Shown: positions 36,536-46,561 of the stretch, piece by piece | Numbering within the stretch: the first letter of the stretch is position 1 | How the letters are laid out: every line of letters starts with the position of its first letter | IMG/VR virus record: IMGVR_UViG_3300031612_000002 | Location: 62,001 to 117,470 of that record | Length of the DNA: 55,470 nt | Direction: 5' to 3' (one strand) | DNA from: an uncultured virus (IMG/VR IMGVR_UViG_3300031612_000002) | Lineage: Duplodnaviria; Heunggongvirae; Uroviricota; Caudoviricetes | Notes under the pieces: model-generated | The model's input: the letters and a program-made list of their open reading frames with translations, nothing else | Database searches by the model: none | What the model was told of the DNA's origin: nothing | Translations under genes and position numbers: made by a program

Positions 36536-37649
36536 CGCTTGTGCATATCCGTTCAAAGCAGCAATGCTTGCAAACGGTACTCCCGCTACACCATGTTGTA
36601 AATTTCATGATCGTTACTTATCTGATGATGATAACAAGTATGTGTTTAAAGATATTCGCGAGACGATGTTAAGGAACGAATGGCATGAGGGTTGCTGGAA
36701 ATGCAAAGCCGATGAAGATACTGGTCTTACTAGTATGCGAACAGAAGCAGACGAATTCTTTGATGATTTCACAGATTCAATCCAATTAGAATATCTAGAG
36801 ATTACAGTGGGCAATCTATGTAATCTTGCATGTGTTGGTTGCGGACCTGAGTATAGTCATACATGGGATAAAGACGCACTAGCGATTGATTTAGTGATGG
36901 TTGAAGTATTAGAACATTTTGCAAAGAATAGAGAATATGATTTAGATGCACTATCCATGGATCAACTATCTCATTTGAAATATATGAAAGTGACAGGTGG
37001 TGAGCCGTTCATGCATAAGCAGTTTTTACGATTCATTAAACGATTGGTAGATAGTGGTATTGCACCTCAGATCGATATTGAGATATTTACGAATTGCACA
37101 TACTGGCCAGCGAAGATGAACTTAGATTATCTATTAGAATTCAATAACTTGCGAATTACGAATAGTATAGATGCAGTTGGCGAATTAAACGATATATTAC
37201 GTCACCCATCCAAATTCCCTGCTATTGAATCTGTACTGAAGCAATGGACAGAATTGGGAACTAAATACGACAAGGTAGAAGTATTTGTCGCTTGCACAGT
37301 TGGTGTATTAAATGCACCAGTGTTAATAGATCTAATGAGATGGGCAAGATTTGAGATAGGTGTACCAGTAATGTTACAGACTATACATGAGCCTGATTGG
37401 TTGAGTATTGCGCATCAGACAGATACATATAAGAATAATTTGAGAGCGATAGTAGAAGAGCAATACAAAGACTGTCACTGGAAATTAAAGAAAGCATATA
37501 CATTATTAATTTCATTATGTAAAACAAATAACGCACCAGATAATAGTGAAATTTATTTAGATCAAATGCACGAATTGTTTGATTTACGTAATAATGATGC
37601 AGAAGAATATATACAAGGATATAAGAAATTATTAAATGAAAGATATTAA
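36516..37649 (+). CDS. radical SAM enzyme with N-terminal twitch domain (#2)
   Basis: CAYPF..PCC..CWKC; CNLACVGC; TGGEP. Confidence 0.9.
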   Translation: MANLPSNACAYPFKAAMLANGTPATPCCKFHDRYLSDDDNKYVFKDIRETMLRNEWHEGCWKCKADEDTGLTSMRTEADEFFDDFTDSIQLEYLEITVGNLCNLACVGCGPEYSHTWDKDALAIDLVMVEVLEHFAKNREYDLDALSMDQLSHLKYMKVTGGEPFMHKQFLRFIKRLVDSGIAPQIDIEIFTNCTYWPAKMNLDYLLEFNNLRITNSIDAVGELNDILRHPSKFPAIESVLKQWTELGTKYDKVEVFVACTVGVLNAPVLIDLMRWARFEIGVPVMLQTIHEPDWLSIAHQTDTYKNNLRAIVEEQYKDCHWKLKKAYTLLISLCKTNNAPDNSEIYLDQMHELFDLRNNDAEEYIQGYKKLLNERY

Positions 37650-38862
37650 TGAACTAGCAAAAACAACATCATTTTGTATGATACCATTCATGCATACTTA
37701 CGGATCAGCGGGCGGCGATATAGTACCTTGCTGTGAAGCACAAACTAAGATTTTCAATGAGCCGGGTGCTGCTATTGAAGACACATGGAATAATGACAAC
37801 TACAAAGAACTTCGTAGGGCACTCACTAGCAATGAGATACCATCAGAGTGTGATGTATGTTGGCATAATGAAGCAAGTGGTGTTGTATCAAATAGACAGC
37901 AATGGTTTGACGATGATTGGGATAATTATAAAGACTTGATCAAACTCAATGATGATTACTCTGTAGATAATCCACCATTGTGGATAGAGTTGAAGGTTTC
38001 TAACTTCTGTAATTTGAAATGTATTATGTGTAGTACACATAGTTCGTACAAGCGCGTACAGGACTTAGACATCATTGAGAAGTATATGGGTACAGAGCAT
38101 CACGAAACACGTCTCCTACGACCAACTACGTTGTTTGATAGCATAGGCAAATGGGATGGGTTCTGGGATACAGTTAAAGTATTACAATTCACTGGTGGCG
38201 AACCTATCATTAATCAAGAGCATTACGACTTACTTGAATCGATACCAGAGCATCTACGATCTACGATCAAATTGCGATATGCTACTAATCTGAGTCATCT
38301 AACATTTAAAAAATATAATTTGCTAGAAATTTGGAGTCAATTCAAGCATGTTAATATCAAAGTATCACTTGATGGTGTCAATGATGTTTATGATTACATT
38401 CGTGAAGGTGGTGATTGGAGTACAGTAGAATCTAATCTGAGTGTATTGAATGACATAGAGCATATAGACTTAGCATTGGGTATTACTATACAAGCACATA
38501 ATATATTTCAGATGCCAGAATTTTATGAATACTGGAAGCAGAGTGACATTGAATTGACATTCATTACTGCTAACATATTACATACACCAAAGATACTAAG
38601 CCCAGCGATATGGCCTGAGCCTTATAGATCGGCTATTATTAATAAATTACGAAAGCATGAAAAAGAACATCCAGAGATGGATACATTTGCTACTTATATG
38701 GAAAATAATCAACGAGATTATATACAATATACTAAGATGCGTAAGTACACACGTGATTTAGAAAATAGATACAATCCTAAGATTAAATTAAGTGAGATGA
38801 TAGAACAATATCTTGATATGCCACTTACTGATTTTTTAATAGACATCAATAATGATATATAA
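37636..38862 (+). CDS. radical SAM enzyme with N-terminal twitch domain (#3)
   Basis: CMIPF..PCC..CDVC; CNLKCIMC; TGGEP. Confidence 0.9.
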   Translation: MKDINELAKTTSFCMIPFMHTYGSAGGDIVPCCEAQTKIFNEPGAAIEDTWNNDNYKELRRALTSNEIPSECDVCWHNEASGVVSNRQQWFDDDWDNYKDLIKLNDDYSVDNPPLWIELKVSNFCNLKCIMCSTHSSYKRVQDLDIIEKYMGTEHHETRLLRPTTLFDSIGKWDGFWDTVKVLQFTGGEPIINQEHYDLLESIPEHLRSTIKLRYATNLSHLTFKKYNLLEIWSQFKHVNIKVSLDGVNDVYDYIREGGDWSTVESNLSVLNDIEHIDLALGITIQAHNIFQMPEFYEYWKQSDIELTFITANILHTPKILSPAIWPEPYRSAIINKLRKHEKEHPEMDTFATYMENNQRDYIQYTKMRKYTRDLENRYNPKIKLSEMIEQYLDMPLTDFLIDINNDI

Positions 38863-39550
38863 GTACGACGATGTAGACGCTCATAAAGTGGAAATGGAAA
38901 TAACTACATATTGCAATGCAAGATGTAGACGGTGTCCACGTACTAATCCTGATACTGGTGAACCTGTTGATTGGTTAGTACAAGAGCATATGTCGCTTGA
39001 AACATTTAAAATGATTTTTTCCAGCGAATATAATGTATCTAATAAAGTACGATATGTTAAGTTATGTGGACAATATGGTGATCCCATGATGAATCCGCAT
39101 ATTAATGAAATGATGGAATATGTGTTAGCAGATGAAGATAAAGATGTATCTATGATTATAAGTACCAATGGAGGTCTTAGAAATGCTAATTGGTATGCAA
39201 CAATTGCTAAAAAATATTCTGGAAGACTGAGTATTATATTTGGTATTGATGGATTAGATCATGATACTAATTGGAAATATAGAGAGGGTGTAGTATTTGA
39301 TAAGGCATATGCCAATATGCGAGCGTTTAATGATAATGATGGTGAGACGCGATGGCAGTTTATATTATTTGAATGGAATATACATCAAATAGAAGAAGCA
39401 TATTTACACGCAGGTGAACTTGATATCGAGATGAATTTTATAGTAGATCTTGAATATGCAATGCGTTTGCGTGAACGCGACGAGCATCACGTAATAGAAG
39501 AATTAAAGCAGCGATTTCAAAATCTAGGAGTACGGTATGAAGGAATCTAA
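38852..39550 (+). CDS. radical SAM core domain (#4)
   Basis: CNARCRRC; CGQYGDP; STNG; FGIDG. Confidence 0.9.
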   Translation: MIYKYDDVDAHKVEMEITTYCNARCRRCPRTNPDTGEPVDWLVQEHMSLETFKMIFSSEYNVSNKVRYVKLCGQYGDPMMNPHINEMMEYVLADEDKDVSMIISTNGGLRNANWYATIAKKYSGRLSIIFGIDGLDHDTNWKYREGVVFDKAYANMRAFNDNDGETRWQFILFEWNIHQIEEAYLHAGELDIEMNFIVDLEYAMRLRERDEHHVIEELKQRFQNLGVRYEGI

Positions 39551-39872
39551 TAAAAATAACATTGAGTGTATAGTCGCATGTGAGACAAAAGACGATAAAG
39601 TGAAGCGCCAATTTGAGATAACTGTAGCGGGCAGGGTCTGGCCATGTTGTTATTATGCTACTGAACTAAAAAAGTCTTCCAATAGTCATGTTGATCTTAC
39701 TGATACCGTATTGGATAAACTTAATGAAGAAGATCCTGATTGGAATAATGCTGTAGTACATGGAGTCGAAAATGTAACGAAGCATAATTTATTTTGGACA
39801 TATCTATGGGATGAAGGATTTGATAGTGATAATCCACCAACAGTTTGTTCCTATTTTTGTGGGAATAAATGA
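39537..39872 (+). CDS. stand-alone SPASM/twitch domain
   Basis: C..GRVWPCCY...CSYFC; own GGAG RBS. Confidence 0.75.
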   Translation: MKESNKNNIECIVACETKDDKVKRQFEITVAGRVWPCCYYATELKKSSNSHVDLTDTVLDKLNEEDPDWNNAVVHGVENVTKHNLFWTYLWDEGFDSDNPPTVCSYFCGNK

Positions 39873-39902
39873 ACATATGAAATCAGACGATAAGGACGAA
39901 AA

Positions 39903-41462
39903 ATGAAGAAAGGACAGAGTCTGTGGAATTATTATCATGGAGAAAATTCATGGCCAATAGTTCACGCATTCAATTCAAATAACACTGATAGTATTGAATT
40001 AAGTGACACACCTATATTAAAGCAAAAGTTACGTGAAATAGCAGAGGTAGAACATAATAATCATCTTCGGGGAGGCATAGTTAACATTGTAGGACAATCC
40101 GAAATTAGTTGGATGATCGCTATGCGCAAATTAGGATATCGTTATGCATGTATGTGGTTTGACGGCACTTGGTCAGCATCTGATGATGTTAACTTAAAAT
40201 TACTTGATGAAATAAATCGTATTAATGAAGAATTTGATATCACTAAATGGATAGTTGCAGGAAATATATTACAAACCGATGATGAAAGATATTCTCATTT
40301 TGAAAGAAACATCATACTGATTAATTTAGATACGTGGTATGAGCAAGGTGCACAAGATCCCGCTGATGTATTATACAATCAAGATCCCGCAGATCGGTAT
40401 TCTCGTCAAGGTACACGACATGAAAAGCCAAGTGACAATTGGGTTACTAGAAAACAAGGAATAGTTGAAGATTTTGAGGATAGTTTATTTGGTATTGTAA
40501 AACTTGGTGGTGCACGATTAAATATCAAACATGCTACATGGAATACGTGGATAACACACGAAGAATTTAATGAACAATACCATCATAAATTGTGCAATCC
40601 GTTATTGACATGGTCATTGCGACAAGAACTAATTGTCCCAGGATTGAGTGCAGATTTTATGAATTGTTTAGCCACGATGAAGCCGCATGTTGGTTCAATT
40701 GAATTTGAGAAGGCTATACAAGGTTTACCGTTTGACAGTGATAAACTAACATTTCAAGCAAATCGAATGATAAGAGAGATGTTCGCACCAGATAGTCCTA
40801 TATATTTTGTAAATACAGAATCTAGTCAGCCTGGTATTGCAGAACAAATTGAAGGAACGGTATTTGATCAATATGTTGGTGCAACTGCGGGCTTTAAATT
40901 ATTCTACTATGCATACAAGTATGGTTTTACAAAAGACACGAAATTTGTGTTATATGATTTTGATCCATTGAGTTGTAAATTCAAACGAGATATGTTAGAA
41001 CAATGGGATGGTATAAACTATCCTGAGTTTGTCGATGCATGGATTGAACAGCATCCAGATGCAAATGGAAATTTAAGAGATTTGACTTTTGAGAGATGGC
41101 CAAACGTAATACAGCAATTTGATGGAGATACTAATTGGTTATCAGTATGGGATAGAATCAGACAGAGCAACTGGGAAGTAATTGAATGTGATTTAATATA
41201 TGGACATGATAAATTATTTGAAGCAGTAGAAAATAAAAGAACATTGATGTGGACATCTAATATCTATAGTTATATTGTGCCAAAGATGCTTAGTAAACCG
41301 TTTGCAATGGAATTGAGTTTCATTAGTTTAATAACTAAATTAAATGAATTGCATGATGATTGTTGGTTTTCGGGCACTGATATAAACGATAACGACTTAA
41401 CATGTCCATCAAGGGCTATTATAAGTACAACCAATAATGAAACATTAACATTTGAACAATAG
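39903..41462 (+). CDS. large hypothetical enzyme (possible transferase)
   Basis: 519 aa; C-terminal AGFK..VLYDFD segment weakly suggests a SAM-binding fold. Confidence 0.55.
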   Translation: MKKGQSLWNYYHGENSWPIVHAFNSNNTDSIELSDTPILKQKLREIAEVEHNNHLRGGIVNIVGQSEISWMIAMRKLGYRYACMWFDGTWSASDDVNLKLLDEINRINEEFDITKWIVAGNILQTDDERYSHFERNIILINLDTWYEQGAQDPADVLYNQDPADRYSRQGTRHEKPSDNWVTRKQGIVEDFEDSLFGIVKLGGARLNIKHATWNTWITHEEFNEQYHHKLCNPLLTWSLRQELIVPGLSADFMNCLATMKPHVGSIEFEKAIQGLPFDSDKLTFQANRMIREMFAPDSPIYFVNTESSQPGIAEQIEGTVFDQYVGATAGFKLFYYAYKYGFTKDTKFVLYDFDPLSCKFKRDMLEQWDGINYPEFVDAWIEQHPDANGNLRDLTFERWPNVIQQFDGDTNWLSVWDRIRQSNWEVIECDLIYGHDKLFEAVENKRTLMWTSNIYSYIVPKMLSKPFAMELSFISLITKLNELHDDCWFSGTDINDNDLTCPSRAIISTTNNETLTFEQ

Positions 41463-41472
41463 GAGATAAATT

Positions 41473-42228
41473 ATGTGGTTTGAAGGATCACCTTTAGATA
41501 GGGAAGAAATTGATGATGAATCAATTATATGGCATGAAGAAAATAGAATTATTAAACCTGATTTTAAAATATTAGATGCAGGGAATTTTTTAGAAGAAAG
41601 TGAGCACGATGTTGATTACATCATGGACAATACCCGTTTTCCATATATATCGATACCAGAAATTAATGTACCACACAAGGATTTGTTTGAAGAAGCAAAT
41701 AATTTGTTATATACGTCATGCTTTACTGCACACCGTCCTTGTAGTTCGGGGTGGTTGAGTTTGTCGATTCATGGAATAAGCAGTGTACATACTAATTGTG
41801 CAGAAGATTATAACTTACCAGATGATTATGAAGAAACCCATAGTGACTGGACTGATATTGCTAAATTTTGCCCTAAAACAGTACAATGGATGCAAGATGA
41901 AATGTTGTACAACCAGTTTGCTCGTGTAAGGTTCATGGCACTGTTACCAGATGGTTGGTTGGGCATTCACAACGATAGACCTAATCCAGTTGGAGTAGGT
42001 GCAACTAATGTAGCATTAAACAATCCAGATGGATGCGAATTCGTATTTGAAGGTATGGGTATTGTTCCATTTGAAGCAGGTTCAGTGATGAAATTGAATA
42101 CAGGATATAAGCATTCTGTATGGAATAAAAGTGAAGAACCAAGGATACATATGATCTTTGATGGTGGTCCTAGTGATGAATTTAAACAACAGGTGAATCG
42201 CGGCTATGCCAAAATGCTTGGCGTTTAA
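41473..42228 (+). CDS. 2OG-Fe(II) oxygenase, aspartyl/asparaginyl beta-hydroxylase-like
   Basis: RVRFM.L.P, HND (HxD), HSVWN...RIH. Confidence 0.8.
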   Translation: MWFEGSPLDREEIDDESIIWHEENRIIKPDFKILDAGNFLEESEHDVDYIMDNTRFPYISIPEINVPHKDLFEEANNLLYTSCFTAHRPCSSGWLSLSIHGISSVHTNCAEDYNLPDDYEETHSDWTDIAKFCPKTVQWMQDEMLYNQFARVRFMALLPDGWLGIHNDRPNPVGVGATNVALNNPDGCEFVFEGMGIVPFEAGSVMKLNTGYKHSVWNKSEEPRIHMIFDGGPSDEFKQQVNRGYAKMLGV

Positions 42229-43138
42229 ACATGCAGTAACGATAGGCGTAACAGGCGAAGTTAGACCATGCTGTGCTTGGAATGCGGCATCATCTGGTGT
42301 TGCAATTACCGATGATTGGGAATCGTTGCACAACAAATACTATGTTGAGTCATTGCGAGGTTGGTTGCCTGAATGCATAGAGTGCCAACAAGATGAAGAA
42401 TCAAATGGTAAGAGTTATCGAATGTATATGAATGATGTACTAGCAGATAGCATTGGCACAGAGCAATGGGACTTAAAGATTAACAACACGTGTAATCTCA
42501 CGTGCGTCTCATGTGATAGTTATAGTTCAAGTTCGTGGGCAGTAAAAACTGGTAAGCGCAAAGCAAATACAGGTTGGCACAAAGATATTGAGCAGATATA
42601 CCCACAATTGCATTTTGCAAAGATTCTTAAATTTACAGGTGGTGAACCATTCATGATACCACAAGTAAAGAAGATAATTAAATATCTGATCGATGCAGAC
42701 GTTTCATCTACGATTGAATTACAATTCATTACTAATGGAACAATAGATATTAATGCATATTATCCCTTGTTCGAATCGTTTAAACGTGTTATAATAGTTG
42801 CAAGTGTAGATGCCATAGGTGAGCGTTTTGAATACCTTAGACGAGGAGCAAACTGGGAACAAGTAAGTAATAATATCATTGACATACACAAGAGTTCACC
42901 TGATAATACGAGTATATGTATTACGTGTTTACCAAGTGTACTAAATATTAATAACATTCACGAAGTGAATGATTGGGCGACAAGTCACGATATTCACTTC
43001 AATAGAGCGAGTGATTTGATTAGTCCCGCATACATGGCTCCGGGTGCATTGGATGATCAAGATAATAAACAACAATTGATTGATCATGTAATGATACTAG
43101 ATGATAGTGATGGCAAAGATTATACAAAATGGATTTAA
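42206..43138 (+). CDS. radical SAM enzyme with twitch domain (#5)
   Basis: PCC..CIEC; CNLTCVSC; TGGEP; ITNGT. Confidence 0.9.
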   Translation: MPKCLAFKHAVTIGVTGEVRPCCAWNAASSGVAITDDWESLHNKYYVESLRGWLPECIECQQDEESNGKSYRMYMNDVLADSIGTEQWDLKINNTCNLTCVSCDSYSSSSWAVKTGKRKANTGWHKDIEQIYPQLHFAKILKFTGGEPFMIPQVKKIIKYLIDADVSSTIELQFITNGTIDINAYYPLFESFKRVIIVASVDAIGERFEYLRRGANWEQVSNNIIDIHKSSPDNTSICITCLPSVLNINNIHEVNDWATSHDIHFNRASDLISPAYMAPGALDDQDNKQQLIDHVMILDDSDGKDYTKWI

Positions 43139-43142
43139 ACCA

Positions 43143-44363
43143 ATGACAAAAAAAGTAAGTGACACGTTCTGTGTTTTACCCTTTATGCACGTAGCAACTA
43201 ATGCTGCGGGATCTTATCGAGTATGCTGTAATAGCACGCCCGGTGAGAACACAATATTACAAGAGAATGGCAAGCCATATAAAATCTACAAGCATGATTT
43301 AGATGAAGTATGGAATAGCCCAACCTATACAACTATCAGAAAACAGTTCATCGATGGTGAGCGACCAGATATGTGTGCGCGTTGTTTCAGAGAAGAAGAT
43401 GCTGGCATTCGTAGTGCGCGAGCAGGATTTAATGAAAAGTGGCTGAAAGAAGATGTGAAGATAGATGTTGAAATTCCAGTTGATGTGAAATATGTTGACT
43501 TACGCTTGGGTAACTTATGTAACCTAAAATGTCGCATGTGTAATCCGTGGGCAAGTAGCATGTGGGTTAAAGATTGGAATAAAGTAGTTGATGCAGCATA
43601 TTTAGATCCACCAAAGAAATTGGATGAAGACACATTAGAATTCATGAATACCATGACTGAATGGCCAGATTGGGAAAAGACAGGTATTACATTCACTGAA
43701 ATTGCTCATACGGTTGAAGAAATTTATTTAACTGGTGGTGAGCCTACATTGGCAGTTAGTCAATATAAGTTGTTAGACTATTGTATTGAAAATGATCTTG
43801 CATCGGGCATTCGTTTAAAGTACAACACCAACCTAACTAATGTGCCACCGAAGATGATCGAATATTGGTCACATTTCAAGCGTGTACAATTAAATTGCTC
43901 AATTGATGCAATTGGTGCGCGTGACAGATATATTCGTTACCCTAGTCATTGGCATATAGTAGAAAAGAATTTTGATGAATTATCTAAATTGGATAATGTA
44001 TATATTCAGATTCATTGTACGGTACAAGCATTGAATGTATGTGCACTACACGAGGTTATCGAGTTTGCGGAATCACGTGGATTAGAACATGATCAGTTAT
44101 ATTTCAATATATTAAACCATCCGCGTAGTATGAATATACAAGTATTGCCACATCATTTAAAGACGTTGGCATTGTATAATTTAAAAAGTCATAAAGCATG
44201 GCCTAAGGTAGACGATGTGATTAAGTATTTAAATGCTGGGAATACACATGCTGAACACTGGCAAGAATTTATTGATTATAATTTGAAGATGGATGAATTG
44301 CAACGTGGTACGTTAGTAGAATCATGTCCAGAATTTAAAGGACAAATCAATGACAATAACTAA
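43143..44363 (+). CDS. radical SAM enzyme with twitch domain (#6)
   Basis: CVLPF..VCC..CARC; CNLKCRMC; TGGEP. Confidence 0.9.
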   Translation: MTKKVSDTFCVLPFMHVATNAAGSYRVCCNSTPGENTILQENGKPYKIYKHDLDEVWNSPTYTTIRKQFIDGERPDMCARCFREEDAGIRSARAGFNEKWLKEDVKIDVEIPVDVKYVDLRLGNLCNLKCRMCNPWASSMWVKDWNKVVDAAYLDPPKKLDEDTLEFMNTMTEWPDWEKTGITFTEIAHTVEEIYLTGGEPTLAVSQYKLLDYCIENDLASGIRLKYNTNLTNVPPKMIEYWSHFKRVQLNCSIDAIGARDRYIRYPSHWHIVEKNFDELSKLDNVYIQIHCTVQALNVCALHEVIEFAESRGLEHDQLYFNILNHPRSMNIQVLPHHLKTLALYNLKSHKAWPKVDDVIKYLNAGNTHAEHWQEFIDYNLKMDELQRGTLVESCPEFKGQINDNN

Positions 44364-44469
44364 TCAGATTCTATGCCCATATTGTGGTACCTACGTTGAC
44401 GATATGCCACACCGATGTACAAAAGAAATATGGACGTTGCGTCCAGTAGTAAAAAGGAAAGTAAAGTGA
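44350..44469 (+). CDS. small Cys-containing peptide (39 aa, not in ORF track)
   Basis: AAGGA RBS; MTITNQILCPYCGTYVDDMPHRC...; stop overlaps the SDR GTG. Confidence 0.5.
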   Translation: MTITNQILCPYCGTYVDDMPHRCTKEIWTLRPVVKRKVK

Positions 44470-45065
44470 TTGATTTAACTAATAAGAAAATATTATGTAC
44501 AGGTAATCCAGAGATTGGTCTAGCGAGTGAGATATTAAAACGATATCCACAGACAGATTTTATTAGTCAAAGCATCAGTGACCATGATCTAACATTGAAT
44601 CATGTGAAAAAAACTGTTGCAAATAAAGCACTAGAATACGACATTTTTATTAACTGTAGTGCACTATGGCAGTACCATCAGGCACTGCTACTAGATGTAG
44701 TATATAAAACCGCACAGAGTGCCCGGAAATCCCTACATATAGTGTCTGTCGGGTCCACCACGGACAGGGCTACAAAAGGGTCGGATTGGACATATCAACA
44801 AGAGAAGAAAGCATTACGTAGTGCGAGTAACGCTATGGGATTGAAAAGTATCTGGCAAGGTGGCCCAAAGGTGAGTTATGTTACGTTTGGTACATTGCCG
44901 AATAACGCAGACAAGCATCCAGGACGCAAGTTGATGACATTTGAAGAAGCGGTAGATTGTATTGAATATGCGATGATATTGCCTGAACATCTGTCATTGA
45001 ATGAATTAAGTATTGATCCTATACAAGTGACAGATGAAGAATGGATTAACCGTTCAAAAAATTAA
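44466..45065 (+). CDS. short-chain dehydrogenase/reductase-like
   Basis: ILCTGNPEIGLA, FINCS, VGS, YQQEK (YxxxK); GTG start after AAGGA. Confidence 0.7.
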   Translation: MIDLTNKKILCTGNPEIGLASEILKRYPQTDFISQSISDHDLTLNHVKKTVANKALEYDIFINCSALWQYHQALLLDVVYKTAQSARKSLHIVSVGSTTDRATKGSDWTYQQEKKALRSASNAMGLKSIWQGGPKVSYVTFGTLPNNADKHPGRKLMTFEEAVDCIEYAMILPEHLSLNELSIDPIQVTDEEWINRSKN

Positions 45066-45074
45066 GGAATAATT

Positions 45075-45191
45075 ATGAAAATATATATTAAGCAAGCAGT
45101 AGTGCTATTGGCTAAAGTGGCGTCAGTCACATTGGCTATAATTTTAACATCATCGCCTATCATGGCTATGCCTAATTACCTTGCACTATGA
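45075..45191 (+). CDS. small hydrophobic peptide (38 aa, not in ORF track)
   Basis: AAGGA RBS; ATGA overlap with the next gene. Confidence 0.5.
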   Translation: MKIYIKQAVVLLAKVASVTLAIILTSSPIMAMPNYLAL

Positions 45192-46126
45192 ACATCGGAA
45201 TATATCAAGTAGTAAATGCACATGCACCTGCGATTCATTGGTGGCTTGCACAAGATCATAGATTTGGTCCTCAAATCTATTCTGGATTAAAGCCAACACC
45301 TGAACGACTAGCAATTGGAACCATAGTTGAAGAGAACCGATATACCCATCTTATTGATCAAGATTTATATTATAGTCATCAAGAAACGCTTAGAATGATG
45401 GAAAATAAAACAGAAACAGATGGTGGGATTGATTGCCTTTCCGAATATTTTAAATTTAATGAAGATTTTCAATATAAAGTGTGGAGTAATTATTTCGGTG
45501 CTACATATGATTCAAGGTTCGCACCAATTGCTGACAAACTCATATTCACCCAAGTCACAACCGAACAAAGTGCAATGTTCTATATAACGCAATATGCATT
45601 TATTGAATTAACAGAAGATGAGATAATTGAACAAACGCAGTTGTGGTGGGAAGATCACATGCTAATGGACGGAGATATTATTGGCAAATGGAAAGAAGTT
45701 TGGTATAGAGATTATCACGACAAATGTATAGAGGATTTTCACGATGGTAAGTTGAAATATATGTGGCAATTAAATTTTGCACATTGGGATTTGAAGAAAT
45801 CGCTAAGTCACATAGACGATAACACTGGTGATGGTATTTTTGAATTTGAGTATTCGTTCCATAGGCTATTTGAAGAAAAACACGATTACGAAGATGTGTT
45901 TGTTCAAAATGAGTCATTATCCTATATAGAAGAAGATAAAATTGATCATTTAGTAGTAGACGTTGAATGGTTTAAAAATACAGATGTTATACTTGATTAC
46001 TTAGGTGTAAGTAACAGTGATATATTAAAAGAAGCAGCACAGATATATGGTAGGCGTTACAAACAGGTCGTAGACGCATACGATATACTTTATAATAAAT
46101 ACTACATTAACGGAGAGACAGCATGA
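45188..46126 (+). CDS. hypothetical protein
   Basis: 312 aa, coupled within the cluster; no motif recognised. Confidence 0.7.
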   Translation: MNIGIYQVVNAHAPAIHWWLAQDHRFGPQIYSGLKPTPERLAIGTIVEENRYTHLIDQDLYYSHQETLRMMENKTETDGGIDCLSEYFKFNEDFQYKVWSNYFGATYDSRFAPIADKLIFTQVTTEQSAMFYITQYAFIELTEDEIIEQTQLWWEDHMLMDGDIIGKWKEVWYRDYHDKCIEDFHDGKLKYMWQLNFAHWDLKKSLSHIDDNTGDGIFEFEYSFHRLFEEKHDYEDVFVQNESLSYIEEDKIDHLVVDVEWFKNTDVILDYLGVSNSDILKEAAQIYGRRYKQVVDAYDILYNKYYINGETA

Positions 46127-46560
46127 GAACGATTATAATTTTATTAATTGCAATACTATCAACAATGCCAGCAATGGCAAAAGAAGTAGAGATGACCATC
46201 TACGATTATAAGATTACAAGAGTGATTGATGGCGACACCGTTGCATTTGAAGCTACCTTTTTACCAGCACCATTGAAGCAGGAATTAAGTATTCGTGTAT
46301 ATGGTGTAGATACTCCAGAAAAAAGTTGGAGAGCAGAATGTCCTAAAGAAGCAGCATGGGGTGAAGAAGCGTCACAGTTTACTAAAGATATGTTAAATGC
46401 AGCAACGGTTATACAAGTAGCCATTTATAAATGGGACAAGTATGGTGGTCGAGTACTTGGTGATATCATTATAGATGGCAAGAGTTTAAGACACATGCTC
46501 ATAGCAGAAGGCTTTGCTAGAGAATATTATGGCGATAAAAAGATTTCATGGTGCATCTAA
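46123..46560 (+). CDS. thermonuclease (SNase-like) with signal peptide
   Basis: RVIDGDT, IRVYGVDTPE, DKYGGRVLG. Confidence 0.88.
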   Translation: MRTIIILLIAILSTMPAMAKEVEMTIYDYKITRVIDGDTVAFEATFLPAPLKQELSIRVYGVDTPEKSWRAECPKEAAWGEEASQFTKDMLNAATVIQVAIYKWDKYGGRVLGDIIIDGKSLRHMLIAEGFAREYYGDKKISWCI

Positions 46561-46561
46561 A

